Shown here: positions 50,034-61,710 of the stretch, in pieces
How positions within the stretch are numbered: the first letter of the stretch is position 1
How the letters are laid out: the number at the start of each line of letters is the position of its first letter
Assembly (NCBI GenBank): GCA_054600435.1
Contig: BAAIJX010000060.1
Coordinates: 62,001 to 126,000, forward strand
Length of the DNA stretch: 64,000 bases
Reading direction: 5' to 3'
Origin: Neophaeotheca triangularis
Taxonomy: Eukaryota
Notes under the pieces: model-generated
Databases searched by the model: none
The model's input: the letters and a program-made list of their open reading frames with translations, nothing else
Told to the model about the DNA's origin: nothing
Position numbers and translations under genes: made by a program

Positions 50034-52374
50034 CTACCCAAAAACCTCAATCAAAAAATCATACCTAACCCTCCTCCCCTCGTGCCTCGCCCTGGCAGTA
50101 AGCATATGACATTTATCGCTCAAAATTTCCCCAACGACGGCAGGACCACAATAGAAAACCCCGACGCGTCGCTCGCCCGCGATTTCCGAGTCGGTGTCGT
50201 CGCGGAGCCCCTCGCCCGTGCGCTCAGCCGCGGCGATGATTTCCTCGTAGTGGGTCTCGAGGATGGCGTCGAAGTCTGGACGGCCGAAGTGGGAGGGGGC
50301 TTTGAGACCGGTGAGAGCCGAGTAGGGCGAGTCCGGGGTGCGGTAGCTGTCGAGGAGGTAGCGGAAAATGTGGGTTGAGATATTTTTGCGTTTGGCTGTT
50401 ATGTGGGTGTTGATGTTGAGCTGGAAGGGGATGGTTAGTGAGGGCTGCTGGTGGAGAAGGGGGGAAAGGGAAGGATCGGGGGCGGCAACTCACTTCGAGG
50501 TCTCCGCTTCTTTGCAGCGGTTTCGCGCCGTCTGAGGCTCGGTTCAACAGGTCCGCGAACCAGAGGAGGTTGTTCTTCTCCCTGACCGTCCAGTGAAAAT
50601 CGACTCGGCGTTTGCAGGGCGGGAATTTCTCGGTTTCCGTCTCTTCCTCGCTACTGCCGGACCTTTCGCCTTCTTTTTCCTTCTTTGTGGCTTCGTCGTC
50701 TGTCGCGGTGAGGTCGCCGAGGCTAGCTCGGCGAGAATGGGAACGCGAGCGCGAGGTTCTGCGACTACCGGCACGGGAGACTGCGCGGGAGACGGAACGC
50801 GAACCCGGACGCGAGAGGGATCGGGAGCCACGACGCTCGTCCCAGGGGTTGGTGTCGGGGTCTAGTTGCGATTCCTCAATGTCCGTCAGGATGGCGGAAA
50901 AGGGTGTGATTCCGATGCCGCCACCGACGATGATGGAGTAGTCATAGTCGTAGAAGCGCTGAGCGGGAGCACCAAATGGACCGTCGATGCCGACTTTGAT
51001 CGGGACTTGACGTTTGTCGCTGTCTTGACCAAGATCGCGGAGCTTGCGGGTCCAGTCACCATCGAATTTGATGTGGAGTTGAAGTATGGGGCCGCGACAG
51101 GAGGATATGGTGAAAGGGTGCCATTGGAAGAAGGAGAGGGCGGGGACTTGAAGGAGCACGTACTGGCCTGCCGAGTAGGGCCAGTCTTTACCCGAGGGGT
51201 GTTTGCAAGTCAGTTCGGCGGTTTCGTCGTCGAGGACGCGCAGTTTGGCTGGTATGTGCATGAAGCCGCGGATCAAGCGCCAGGAGCGCTCGCCAACGAC
51301 TAAAAGCGCGGGAAAAGCCAGCCAGTAGCCTAGCATGGGGTGGTAGAGGTATTGGGCGGTGCCGTGAGCGACAAGCATGGCGATCATGGGAAACATGAGA
51401 AGGTGGCCTAGTTGGAAGAGCTCGTAGCTGCGTTTTCGTACATAGGGGACGCTAAGGAGTGAGATTATCCAGAAAGAGCTCAGCGCTACTATGCCTGTCC
51501 AGCCGGGGAGGGCGCGCACCCAGTCTACGTAGGACATGGGGACTGCATCTGGACCCAGCAAATCCTCCAGTTGCTGTTCCCGGGAGGGGCGGGTGCTGTA
51601 GAGCATATCGCCTGCCAAATGACCGATAGCGTGCAGTGTCGCAAAAAACAAACCCGCGCAAGCCATCTTGATGTGGAAGCTCTGAGTCAAGTCCCAGTTT
51701 GCAAAACGGCTGACGGTGTAGCTCCTGCGCATGAAGGTCGCAAAGTGTCGGCTCATACTAAGTAGCATGAAGAAGAGGGTCGGGTAGAGCACGCCGGCGC
51801 AAGTTTTGGCGAGGATGACACCCCAACCCAGTGCAGCGCGATAGGTAGGCCTTTGTAGGTAGCTGATCATCTGCCACAAACCAAAGGCTAACTGAAGCGC
51901 AACGACAAGGGCGACGAAAGCGTAGGTGGAGCCGTGGACAGCGACGTAAGCGCGGATTCTTCGACGCATGGGCAAGCCTTTCTCCTCGGCAGCATCGTCC
52001 TTGTCTTGCGAGGTACTATCCGTCTGCTTCTGACTCGGCACGTTCCAGCTCTTGACCTTTTCCATGAATTCGTCTCGCGCGATTGTGTCGCCGCTGTTGG
52101 GCATGAGGCTGCAGAGGAAAGCGTGCAAGCCATCGCCCTTGTGGCCCTTGCCGTCGGCCTTTTCAACATCTCTACCGCGCCGCGAAGGGTGATGGAGGTG
52201 GTGGGCTAGCGGTTCGGGGGCGAGCTCTTGGTGGACCTCGTGGAGTTTGGCCTCTAGCTCGCTGAATTCGATGGTGCCATTATTGTTGCGATCAATGTCG
52301 TCGAAGAAGTTGTTAATCTCCTCATCGGTGAGGGGTTTGAAGTCCTTGGCTGCGGTATCGATGGGGCCGTCCAT
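50034..52374 (-). CDS. EF-hand-containing NADPH oxidase / ferric-reductase-like protein (NoxC-like), 2 exons
   Basis: EF-hand DRNNNGTIEFSE, heme histidines in TM helices (FHIK, LHAIGH, GHLL, AHG), QWHPFT (FAD), DGPFG and VGGGIGITPF (NADPH). Intron 50421-50493 restores VGVFYCGP...LIEVFG*. ATG at 52374. Confidence 0.9.
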
Positions 52375-52446
52375 GGCCTGGGAGTGTAGTACAGGTGCAG
52401 GTGCAGGTGATGGCGTTTGGCTTGTTTCTCTTCCCACTTTGTTTGA

Positions 52447-52547
52447 AAGGGAGGGAGGGAGGGAGGGAGGGAGGGAGGGCAGAGAGTGGAAAGGAGTGGA
52501 GTGGAGTGGAATCCAAGGGAGGGCAGCAAAGCAAAGCAAAGCAAAGC
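52447..52547. repeat. Compound microsatellite (GGGA)n, (GAGTG)n, (GCAAA)n upstream of the Nox ATG
   Basis: Directly visible. A further (GGGA)n tract lies at about 49686-49710. Confidence 0.9.
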
Positions 52548-53369
52548 AACCTACAAGCAGACGACAGACAGCAAAGGCAGCCAACACTTGGTGCGTTGTT
52601 TGCAAGCAAAGCGCCAATGCGCGTGGCCCTGAATAGCAACTTGAGAGTCAAGGAAGAGAAGTTGCCCTGAAGTGAATTCAAGATTCTTGTGTAGTACTTC
52701 TCGGCGCCATGTCTTGGGATGTCTTGGTATTTGGCTTTACCACGAGTAGGTAGACGGGTCTGACTATTCCATCCCTCCAGATGCGTGTAAATGATAGATA
52801 GACATGTATATGTTATGTTGTTGAAGGGTGCCACCCCAAGTACCTACGTGGTACAGCTTCCATAGCCCTATAGGTGTAAGGCAGAGATTACTACTGAAGT
52901 AGGGTGTAAGGTAGAATAGACAGGCCGAGGCTTGAAGTCTTGATGCCAACGCTAGAGCTGACGTGGGGCCAAGGGACGGGAGGGAGGGACCGAAGTGGGT
53001 CCAGGCTCCCCGGAATACTTACATAAGGTGAGTTATCAACTTAGTCACGTGGTTAGTGAAGAGTTCAAGTAAGGAACCGCATCGACAACCTGCCATAGTC
53101 GACTTGATCGAGACATCCATATACTGACCTATCTAGGCATGCCATAAAGTATCCATCCACCCATGGCCCCTAGTCTGATTTAGTTAAGCGCCAGGTATAG
53201 TTACTCCAGGGCCAAGACCATCTCTGTTTGTCGTATTCGCTTTGGTCCATTTCTCGTATCTCACAACCAACCCAACCACTGTACCTAGAGATATAACTGC
53301 CACAAAACTCGCAACGAATCTCATCCTTCGTTTCCCTCTCTCTTTTGTTTTTTCCAGCAGCCACATATC

Positions 53370-55418
53370 ATGTCTCCTTTGAAGACACCCCTTCTATACG
53401 CAGCCTTAACGGCGTGCCTGGCTGTTGACAATATTTATGCGCATGCAAACAGCCCCGAGCAGATTGACATTGAGCAACTGCCTTTACCTCCAGTAGTCCA
53501 AAGTCTCGAGCCAGGATCATGTAACCGCTTCGTCAACTTCCACGACACTGGTTGCATAGGTCAGACTACTGGCCTCCAAGGTGGTAATTTCCTACCAGAT
53601 GGCCGTCATGTCATGGCCACTGTCAAATTTGCCGGTGCCCCTGCTGCTCCAGACCCCAGGAGCATTTACCAAGGCCAGCAGCTCATCGTTATCAAGACGG
53701 ATGGCACCTTCTTTCCTAACGGTGATTCATGGAAATGTCTTACTTGCGGTGTGCCTGAAAACCAGGCTATTGGCTTGGACCCTCACGATACCAAAAAATG
53801 GGGATACCCCCAAGCTTTCAAAGACGGGACACGCGCTCTCGCTGGCCATTACATTGTTGAATGCGAACGAGACTTCCCTCTGGTCAGCGACGACTGCGGT
53901 CCGCAGCAGATTCACATCTACCCCATCCGCATGGAAAACACTGAGGAGGGGACCGGCCGTGGCGCAGCATTACGAGAGCTACGAATCCACCCGGACGACA
54001 CGCACATCGGTGTGAACGTCTTCAGTACTTCGGGAGGAAAGCTAGGCCAGACTGCATACATCGGACGCTTGCACTTCAACTCGTCACCAACGACCGGCCT
54101 CCCGCTAGCCTCTCGATACGACATAGTCTCCGTAAACCAACTCCTCGACCCCAACAGCCCTCAGCCTGTGTCCGTCCAAGGCGACGAACTCTTCATCAAC
54201 AACTCCGCCATCAGCATAGGCGAGCTCCGCGGTTTCAGCGGCACAGGCGCCGAAGTCGTTTACATCGGCTACCCGCACGAATCTTGCAACATCGACGTCT
54301 TCGCCGCCAACCTGCGCACAGGCGCCGTGCGCCGCCTAACCACCCATCCAGGCTACGTCGACCCCGTCCAGTTCTCCCCCGACGACGCCTCCATAATCAC
54401 AATGGACACCCGCGGCAACTCGCGTGTAAACTTCATGTCCGGCATGCGATCCATTCCACCCGTTCTCGATCTTCTCACCGCCACCGCTTGCGCTTCCGTC
54501 CGCAACAACGGCCAACGCCGCTTCTTCCAGCCCTGGCTCCTCGGCGCCCAAGGCGACTACTCTCCTCACCCTGCCCGCGAACTCAACGCCGCGTCAACCG
54601 GCCGCCCCGGCACCGGCGCCATCAACGATCCCGAATGGAACGGCCGCGCAGACCCCTGGTTCTCCCCCGACGGCACGCAAATCCTTTACTGGCAAGCCCA
54701 AACCCGCGCCCCAGCTTGCGGCAGCCCAAACCCCCTACCCTGCTACCCTTCCCACGAAACCGGAAACCGCAAAGAGCGCCTCATGCTCGCGACCCTCGGC
54801 GACCGCGCCCCCATCTCTACCAACAAAACCCTCACAACCCCAGCCCCAGACACCATCCCCTGGGCTCTCCCCTACAACCCCGGCACCACGCCACAAAACC
54901 GCCCCCAACCGCCTCCCGGCACCTACAACCTCCCAGCCCCCTCCTCGGGCACCGCAACCGTCCACCTCACCTCTCCCTACCCTTCCCCCAACCAAGCTCT
55001 AACCTCAATCCACATCACCTACCACAACTTCTCCTCGGACAACAACCAAACCTTCCTAACCGGAACCCAAAACGCCACCCTCCTCCCAACCAACTCCCCG
55101 ACTCTGACACGCTTACACTGGACCTCAGACCTCCACTCCACCGACCGCGACGGCCGAGTACATGCTTCCCAACTCACGAGTCTCGGCGGTTTCGAACTGT
55201 CCATCGACGCGATGACGAACATTTTCCACGCGACCGGGACGCTGAAAACCGTGGTCGGGGGCAGGGAGTGGGAGCAGCCGGCGGAGGGGCAAGGAGTGGG
55301 TGCTGAAGAGCCAGAGAGTGCGAAGAAGGGTGGTTTTCTCGGGCCCTTTTCAGGATGGTGGGTTTCCGCTGATCGTGGTCGAGAAGCCGACGAGCGGCGG
55401 CAGCAGATTTTAACGTAG
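53370..55418 (+). CDS. Secreted saponin-hydrolase-like protein (beta-propeller/TolB-like repeats)
   Basis: 682 aa with a signal peptide. IEQLPLPPV..GSC..TGCI, FPNGD.WKCLTCGVP, CNIDVFA..L.TGAVRRLT.HPGY.DP..FSPD and ADPWFSPDG match my recollection of fungal saponin hydrolases. Confidence 0.7.
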   Translation: MSPLKTPLLYAALTACLAVDNIYAHANSPEQIDIEQLPLPPVVQSLEPGSCNRFVNFHDTGCIGQTTGLQGGNFLPDGRHVMATVKFAGAPAAPDPRSIYQGQQLIVIKTDGTFFPNGDSWKCLTCGVPENQAIGLDPHDTKKWGYPQAFKDGTRALAGHYIVECERDFPLVSDDCGPQQIHIYPIRMENTEEGTGRGAALRELRIHPDDTHIGVNVFSTSGGKLGQTAYIGRLHFNSSPTTGLPLASRYDIVSVNQLLDPNSPQPVSVQGDELFINNSAISIGELRGFSGTGAEVVYIGYPHESCNIDVFAANLRTGAVRRLTTHPGYVDPVQFSPDDASIITMDTRGNSRVNFMSGMRSIPPVLDLLTATACASVRNNGQRRFFQPWLLGAQGDYSPHPARELNAASTGRPGTGAINDPEWNGRADPWFSPDGTQILYWQAQTRAPACGSPNPLPCYPSHETGNRKERLMLATLGDRAPISTNKTLTTPAPDTIPWALPYNPGTTPQNRPQPPPGTYNLPAPSSGTATVHLTSPYPSPNQALTSIHITYHNFSSDNNQTFLTGTQNATLLPTNSPTLTRLHWTSDLHSTDRDGRVHASQLTSLGGFELSIDAMTNIFHATGTLKTVVGGREWEQPAEGQGVGAEEPESAKKGGFLGPFSGWWVSADRGREADERRQQILT

Positions 55419-56227
55419 TTTTGACGGGTGGCGACCTGGGGGGGTTTTTCTTTTGGGGAGACGGATAGGTGGGAATGTGTGTGTGTCGCGCTCTCTGACT
55501 TGCTTCTGCGTTTACGGCTGATGTGCTGTATGGGAGTTACCAGTTGAGCTGGCGCAGGGAGTTGGGGCGCGGCGAGCGGCGGCTCGTTTCCCGACAGATG
55601 GGAGGAAACAGAGCCACTGAATTATTCAGATGCCCTCGGTGGGGTCAGTTGGGGTCTTTAGGAATCGTGCTATGGCGAGCGTGGTCTTTGCTATCCTCGC
55701 GAAGGATGGGGCGTCTAGATCAAGGCTCCGGTTGGTTTCACATGACGCTATGCAGAGAGCAAAAGACACATTAGCTCGCGAGCTGCGGACTGCCGAGCCG
55801 ACGCGCTGCTATTCCAAGTCCGGTCGGGATGCAATGGTGCACTTACTCAATTAGTAGGGGGGCTGTAGGCGCTGACAGTGGAAGTACCAGTGATATTGCT
55901 TCCACGAGTCGATAGTTGTCGTCAGGTGGCAACGATCCAAATGATATTTTCACGCTGCGTTTCACTCTTGTTTGTATGTAGATGGTTCTTTTACTTCTGA
56001 TTTAGATGAGGCAGGTTGAGCTGGGCTCGGTGCCAAGTAGCAGACCGCTCACACTTCATTGACATTCACTGCAAACCTGTATGGCCGACCGAGGGCACAG
56101 CGCGACGGAATGAGACCCGGATCACTGGGTGTGGATTGAGCATCCTGGTTCCATTGTCTCCCTCAACCCCTTTCGACTGCTGTCAGGGAGCGTTCTGAGA
56201 CCTTTAGTCAGGGCCAGCATCGACCTA

Positions 56228-58201
56228 CTACGCTAGAAGATTGCCATCGCTGTCGAGCAAGTCATACACTGACGCTTTCCGAGCAGATCTTTGGCCAGCA
56301 GGCATGTAGGTGCCGTCCCGACGAGTAACACCGCCAGACTTCCTTTTCTCACGCGACTGTTTGCTGGCAAAGGAGACAGTACCAATCATCGCATGAAAGT
56401 TGGCCGGCCTCCTGCAAGAATTCCCATCCTCAGCGCCGTCGCTAAGGACATAGTGATTGGCCGGAGGCTGCTGAAAGCCAGCTGCACCTGTGCGGTTCTG
56501 CTTGTTGAGAAGATGTGCTACGGGGCTAGTGTTACCGGTGACGAAGAGCGTTTCTCCTGCAGTTGCGGCGTTCGAGGAGGCGTGCCCAGTGGCTGTCTGC
56601 ACGGGAGATGTTACCCCCCTAACGCGAGCGTTGTTGGTTGCAATGAGCTTGGATGGGAGTTCCTCGGTGTCCTCGCTGTGCCCGTCGTCGTCGTCGTTCC
56701 CGATGATGAACTGCCGCCAGAGTGTATCGTGGTCTGGACTTTCCCGCGGTCCCAATGGCTCATTTGTAGTCGGTAGAGAAGGCTGTTGATTGGCGAGGGC
56801 AAAAATTTGCTTCAGAGACTCTGAAGAGGACGGCAATCTTTCTTCGCTGCTGGCAAGGTCATGGCCTGAGATCAGAAGCTCCCCCTGCGTGCCAGCCCCC
56901 CTGGGTGTCGAGACTGAAGGTATGTCTCTGCCATGTTGGTGCTCCGCATTGAAGTTGGGTAAGGGTCGATGACTGCTTTCTGAGGTCGTCTGATGCTGGC
57001 TGGATGACCTAAGTGCAGCAATTGATTCGCCGCTGGGTGCCAATGGTTTGATATGCATCAACATGCGCCAAGTCGCTTCGTCATCATGTTCAATATACGC
57101 GGCGTTATCTGGGTCACCCAATGTATGCTGTCGCGGAGAAGTTTCAACTCCGTGTTGCGGTGGGGGGTTTTCTTTCTCGCTGCAGGGCTGCTGGGATCCA
57201 ATGCTGGAGTCATGGCTTGTGTAAAGATCCATTGACGAAAGCACTGCAGATGGAGAAGGTGGGTCATCACTGTGAGACGTCTGTTGTGATTCGGAGGGTT
57301 TTGGCTCATAGTGAGACTGGCAGGGCTGTTGTGGATGTGTAAGTGCGAAGGGTCGGGTCATCTGACTTCCAGCGAAAGCTGTGACAGAGGCAGCTGCTGC
57401 GTTCGATTCTCTCGATGGACCGACCGGCAGCAAGGGTATTTCTTCGTCTGCATCAAGAAGCATGGATTCTTCCGAAATTGGGCTGAACTGTTTGGATTCT
57501 CGCGTGCTGGGCGACTGGGAACGCTGTGTCTGCGTAGCAAGAGCTTCCGTGCCTATCCTGATGTGGATTTGATTGTCTTGTGGCAGCACATCATTTCCGA
57601 GGTAGGGCGGGTGCATCAAGTGATGTCGAAATAACGGACTAAGCTCGCGCTTCTGTGCAGGCTGAGGTCGTTGAGAGGCTGCTTTGCTGATCTTGCGGCG
57701 TTTCCCAATCCGGTCCTTGTCCTTGTGCGAGGGGAATTGCATCTGCAGCGGCCTCGATGCATCAAGATGTAGCCAGTCAGATTGAGCCAGCAAGCGCTTG
57801 CGGGTGGCAAGAAGCAGCGCCTCCTCGTCCAGGATCTTCTTGGGACGGAGCATGTGCCTTGGGCGATCCGCATGTCTGGATGAACTTGCTTCTGATGGCC
57901 TTGTTGACCTTCTGCGGTTGTCCGCACTTGTGGTGACGTGGCGGCCTTCACCATCGTGGCGCAATGCTTTGGTGGCATGAGACAAATGCTGATGGGAGAC
58001 CTGGTGTTCGTTGTTGGGCTCTAGCATCGACTGGATACCAGCATAACCCCCTGGTAAGTACAAAGGCTGGAAGGATGCTTTGGATCTCGGGGTTGCCTGC
58101 AGTGCCGCTCGTGCCTTTGCGAAGTGCGCCTTTTGCTTCTGCGTTACCGTCTTGCTCTTTGTTGAGGCGAAGCGGTTTCTGGCACCTCCAGTCCAGTCCA
58201 T
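56228..58201 (-). CDS. Hypothetical protein, mostly disordered
   Basis: 657-aa ORF. The motifs MDWTGG..QKAHFAKAR and RKRLL.QSDWL.L..SRPLQM.F...DKD.IG.RRK look like those of a family of uncharacterised ascomycete proteins. Confidence 0.75.
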   Translation of the reverse strand: MDWTGGARNRFASTKSKTVTQKQKAHFAKARAALQATPRSKASFQPLYLPGGYAGIQSMLEPNNEHQVSHQHLSHATKALRHDGEGRHVTTSADNRRRSTRPSEASSSRHADRPRHMLRPKKILDEEALLLATRKRLLAQSDWLHLDASRPLQMQFPSHKDKDRIGKRRKISKAASQRPQPAQKRELSPLFRHHLMHPPYLGNDVLPQDNQIHIRIGTEALATQTQRSQSPSTRESKQFSPISEESMLLDADEEIPLLPVGPSRESNAAAASVTAFAGSQMTRPFALTHPQQPCQSHYEPKPSESQQTSHSDDPPSPSAVLSSMDLYTSHDSSIGSQQPCSEKENPPPQHGVETSPRQHTLGDPDNAAYIEHDDEATWRMLMHIKPLAPSGESIAALRSSSQHQTTSESSHRPLPNFNAEHQHGRDIPSVSTPRGAGTQGELLISGHDLASSEERLPSSSESLKQIFALANQQPSLPTTNEPLGPRESPDHDTLWRQFIIGNDDDDGHSEDTEELPSKLIATNNARVRGVTSPVQTATGHASSNAATAGETLFVTGNTSPVAHLLNKQNRTGAAGFQQPPANHYVLSDGAEDGNSCRRPANFHAMIGTVSFASKQSREKRKSGGVTRRDGTYMPAGQRSARKASVYDLLDSDGNLLA

Positions 58202-60249
58202 GTTGATTGATGCCAGGGGGCCTCAAAGGCGAATCAAAACGGGCATCTCCACGACATGAGGTGGGGAAAATGGAATGCGGTGTAGCCTCCATGTATTGCT
58301 CTCGCGTGACGTTGGAATAAAGTTGATGGCGCCCTCACGTGCTTGGATACAAAACGGCAAGAGCAACCCAAGTTGGGTTGGATGTACCACTTCATGGCTA
58401 CCTTACCTACCTTACTTAGGTACTGTAGGTAACGTTCGTGTTCCCTACTAGTCTGATACAGTACCTACATTTGAATGTCCACAACTTGATACTGATACCC
58501 AACTCGGGGGCCGTTTGAAGGTGCCTGGTACTCACAGCGGCCTCCATCTCGGTACGACCAATGGTCACGGTCCGTTCATGCTCATCTCACTTCCCTCAGT
58601 CGTGCGACCTCGTTACAAACATGACTGCGACAGTCTCCTCGTGTGTTGTCTCTTTCTGCCTACAAGGCCGGGAACTCGGTCGTGGCAACTAAATGGTGAA
58701 GTCGACTCTTCCGAATCCGAGCGCTTCTCAGTTCTGAGCCTAGGTGAGGCTAGTGCACTCCTTCGCGAGATGGATAATAGTATAGTTCCAGGGACTAGTA
58801 ACTTATTATGCAGACACCCTTCGTTTACCAAGCTGACACTGGACAGCTGTGCGGAATTGACTGATTGGGTAACCCTACTGCATGGCGTCTTGGGCCTTGG
58901 CCGCCTAACAAGTACTTCCCGCTACTGCAAAACAACGTCTAGTTCCAATAGAATCAGACAACACGTGAAAGGCTGAAAGCCTCCTACAGCCACGCAGCCA
59001 AACGAATGGTCCGCAGCGGCTCGACATGCACCCATCCAACAGGCGTAACTTACATGAAAGCCATCAAAGACGCAGTCGTTCCCGCCAGGCTTGAATGGTA
59101 GGGGCGCCCTTCGCCTCCCTCATTGTATAATAATGCATGCCGTGGTTATTGCATTCTTGCAACATAGCGAAGCATTGGAACGACCGCTCACTGTAACCAA
59201 TTACATCTAATTACATCTTAACGTGATCTCTCCTTCCTTCGAGCGTGAACGTCGAGAACACAGGTCGATCTAGAAGAAGTTCTAGGTTCCTGTCGATCAC
59301 TTCCTAAGAGGATAGCACAGATATCGCCCAGCGACCATACCTCCACCTCGACAAACTTTCCACTGCGCGTCACGAGGTATCAAGGTATTCGTGTTGCCTA
59401 CCAGTAGGTACTGTATTGCCCTCGGAGCTCGACCGTTTGACTGGCGAATAGCGCCACCCGAACCTGGGCAGCGTACAGCCGTGACGATGATGCACAGCGC
59501 ATCTCGGGCCAAGAATCCAACGAATTGTAGATGGGGCGAAAATTTCGTAAAAGATGTACAGCTACAGTACCTATACCTAGCCCTGTAGTAGTCGTGTACT
59601 CGCGCTCATATCCCGAGCCCTTAGACCGACATCCTTAGTAATCAAGGTACCTATCGTCGTATCCTCAGCTTTTGCCTCTTACGCCAGTCAGAGCCTCCCG
59701 TTCCTCCTAGGGGAGCGATAAGACCAATAAGCCACGCGCTAGCACCGTCTAAGTCTAATAACATCACTCGGTCGAAATCTTCGGCGCTGCGTTGGTGGGG
59801 CCAACCCTTAGTACTACTAGTAAGTATGCCCCTCGTCCGCAGCCGGATGGATGCTTTTGTATGGGTGTTGGAAGTCTGGTTTGATGAGACGACATGGACC
59901 GTACTATTATTTAATTACTAACGCATCGCTCATGTGGCCGTCTCCGAGGTAGGTTTATATACCTGAGCGCCTCTTCTTTCCATTATTGTTACTGCGCCCT
60001 AGACCTTCTCCAGACTCTCTCCAGACACTATCCCACACGTTTCCACATTTTCTCCTTCCCTGGCGTAACTACACCTGGGCACCCGTAGGTTACAACTTAC
60101 CACCGGCAAACGACCGAACCGTTGCTCTTGCCCCACCACAACAATCCAGTCCTGCTTGATCTCTGTCCCTTCTTGAGCGCCCTTCTGTCCCGCAACACAT
60201 ATCCATCCGCAGCATTCATCAATAAGCATCACCTCCCTCGTTTCTCAAC

Positions 60250-61710
60250 ATGGGTGAAACAGACGTTCTCCCGGCCCAGAGGCCTCGCACCATCCGCCGC
60301 CTGAGTTCTCGCGATGCCACCCAAGATTCGCTCAGCCTCCGGTCTCCCACCGTGGTCGTGCCGCCACAGCACCTCATGGCTCCCAGTGATGCCCATGAGG
60401 TCGCGGCAGCCATGGAAATGGCGAGGCACGAGGTCGAAGAGTTCTCCTCGCCTCTCTCTACGCCAGAGACGCCCCCTGCGAGTGGCGTCACCGACAAATA
60501 CGCATTCGCTTTCGACATCGATGGCGTGCTGATTCGCGGCGGTCAAGTCATCCCAGAGGCGATTGAGGCGATGAAGGTACTAAACGGGCAGAACTCCTAC
60601 GGCATCAAGATGTGAGCCTCCGACATTAAACGATCCAGGCGGAAGCCTTTGCTGACGATTGACAGTCCCTACATCTTCGTGACCAACGGAGGTGGTAAGA
60701 CCGAGCAAGAGCGCTGCATTCAGCTTTCCAACCAGCTTGACATCGAAGTCTCCCCCGGCCAATTCATCTGTGGACACACACCCATGCGCGAAATGGCAGA
60801 GAAATACAACACTGTGTTGGTCGTGGGTGGAGAAGGCGAAAAGTGCAGGAATGTCGCGGAAGGATATGGGTTCAAGGACGTAGTCACCCCAGGCGATATC
60901 ATCAAGGACAACGCGGACACCACACCATTCCGAAAGCTCACCGAAGAAGAGCTCAAGAACTCGAGAGACAGGAATTTCGCCGAGACCAACATCGAAGCGA
61001 TCTTTGTCTTTGCTGATAGCAGAGATTGGGCTGGAGACCAGCAAATCATCCTCGATTTGCTCATGTCCAAGAACGGCCGTCTGGGTACCAGGTCTGAAAC
61101 CTTCGATGAGGGACCACCAGTCTTCTTTTCCCACAACGATGTCGTCTGGTCGGCCTCTCACGACCTCACACGTCTTGGCATGGGTGCGTTGCGTCTCTCC
61201 CTCGAGGCCATGTACAAGGCCGTTACCGGTAAACAGCTCAACACTACCGCTTTCGGCAAGCCGCAGATCGGTACGTTCCAGTTCGCTACTCGCCTACTCA
61301 AGCAATGGCGTCGTGACACTCACGGCATCGACGCACCACCGGAGACTGTCTATTTTGTCGGCGACACGCCAGAGTCTGACATTCGGGGCACGAACGAGTT
61401 CAACCAAACGAGCGAGAACACATGGTACTCGATTCTCGTCCGAACCGGTGTCTACGAAACCGGCACGAAGCCCAAGTTCGAACCCAAAGTCACTGTCGAC
61501 ACAGTCTTGGACGCTGTCTTGCACGGAGTGGAGCGGGAGCAAAAGAAAGAGATCCGGAACGATCTCAATGCCGACATGGGCAAGCTTCAGCTCAATGGCT
61601 CTGCAATCGCAGACAAGAGCGTGGAGAACACACCTGCCGCCTCTCGCGCTCAATCTCGCGCTCAAAGTCCGAGTCGCCACACCAAAGGGGTCGAAACGAA
61701 CGGCGCCTGA
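60250..61710 (+). CDS. HAD-superfamily subfamily IIA hydrolase (CECR5/HDHD5-like), 2 exons
   Basis: FAFDIDGVL (motif I), intron 60612-60665 giving KI|PYIFVTNGGG, FGKP and VGDTPESDI (motif IV). Confidence 0.93.

Noticed and set aside
58515..58976. 153-aa ORF in the divergent intergenic region
   Set aside because: Non-ATG start, no codon bias and no recognisable motif.
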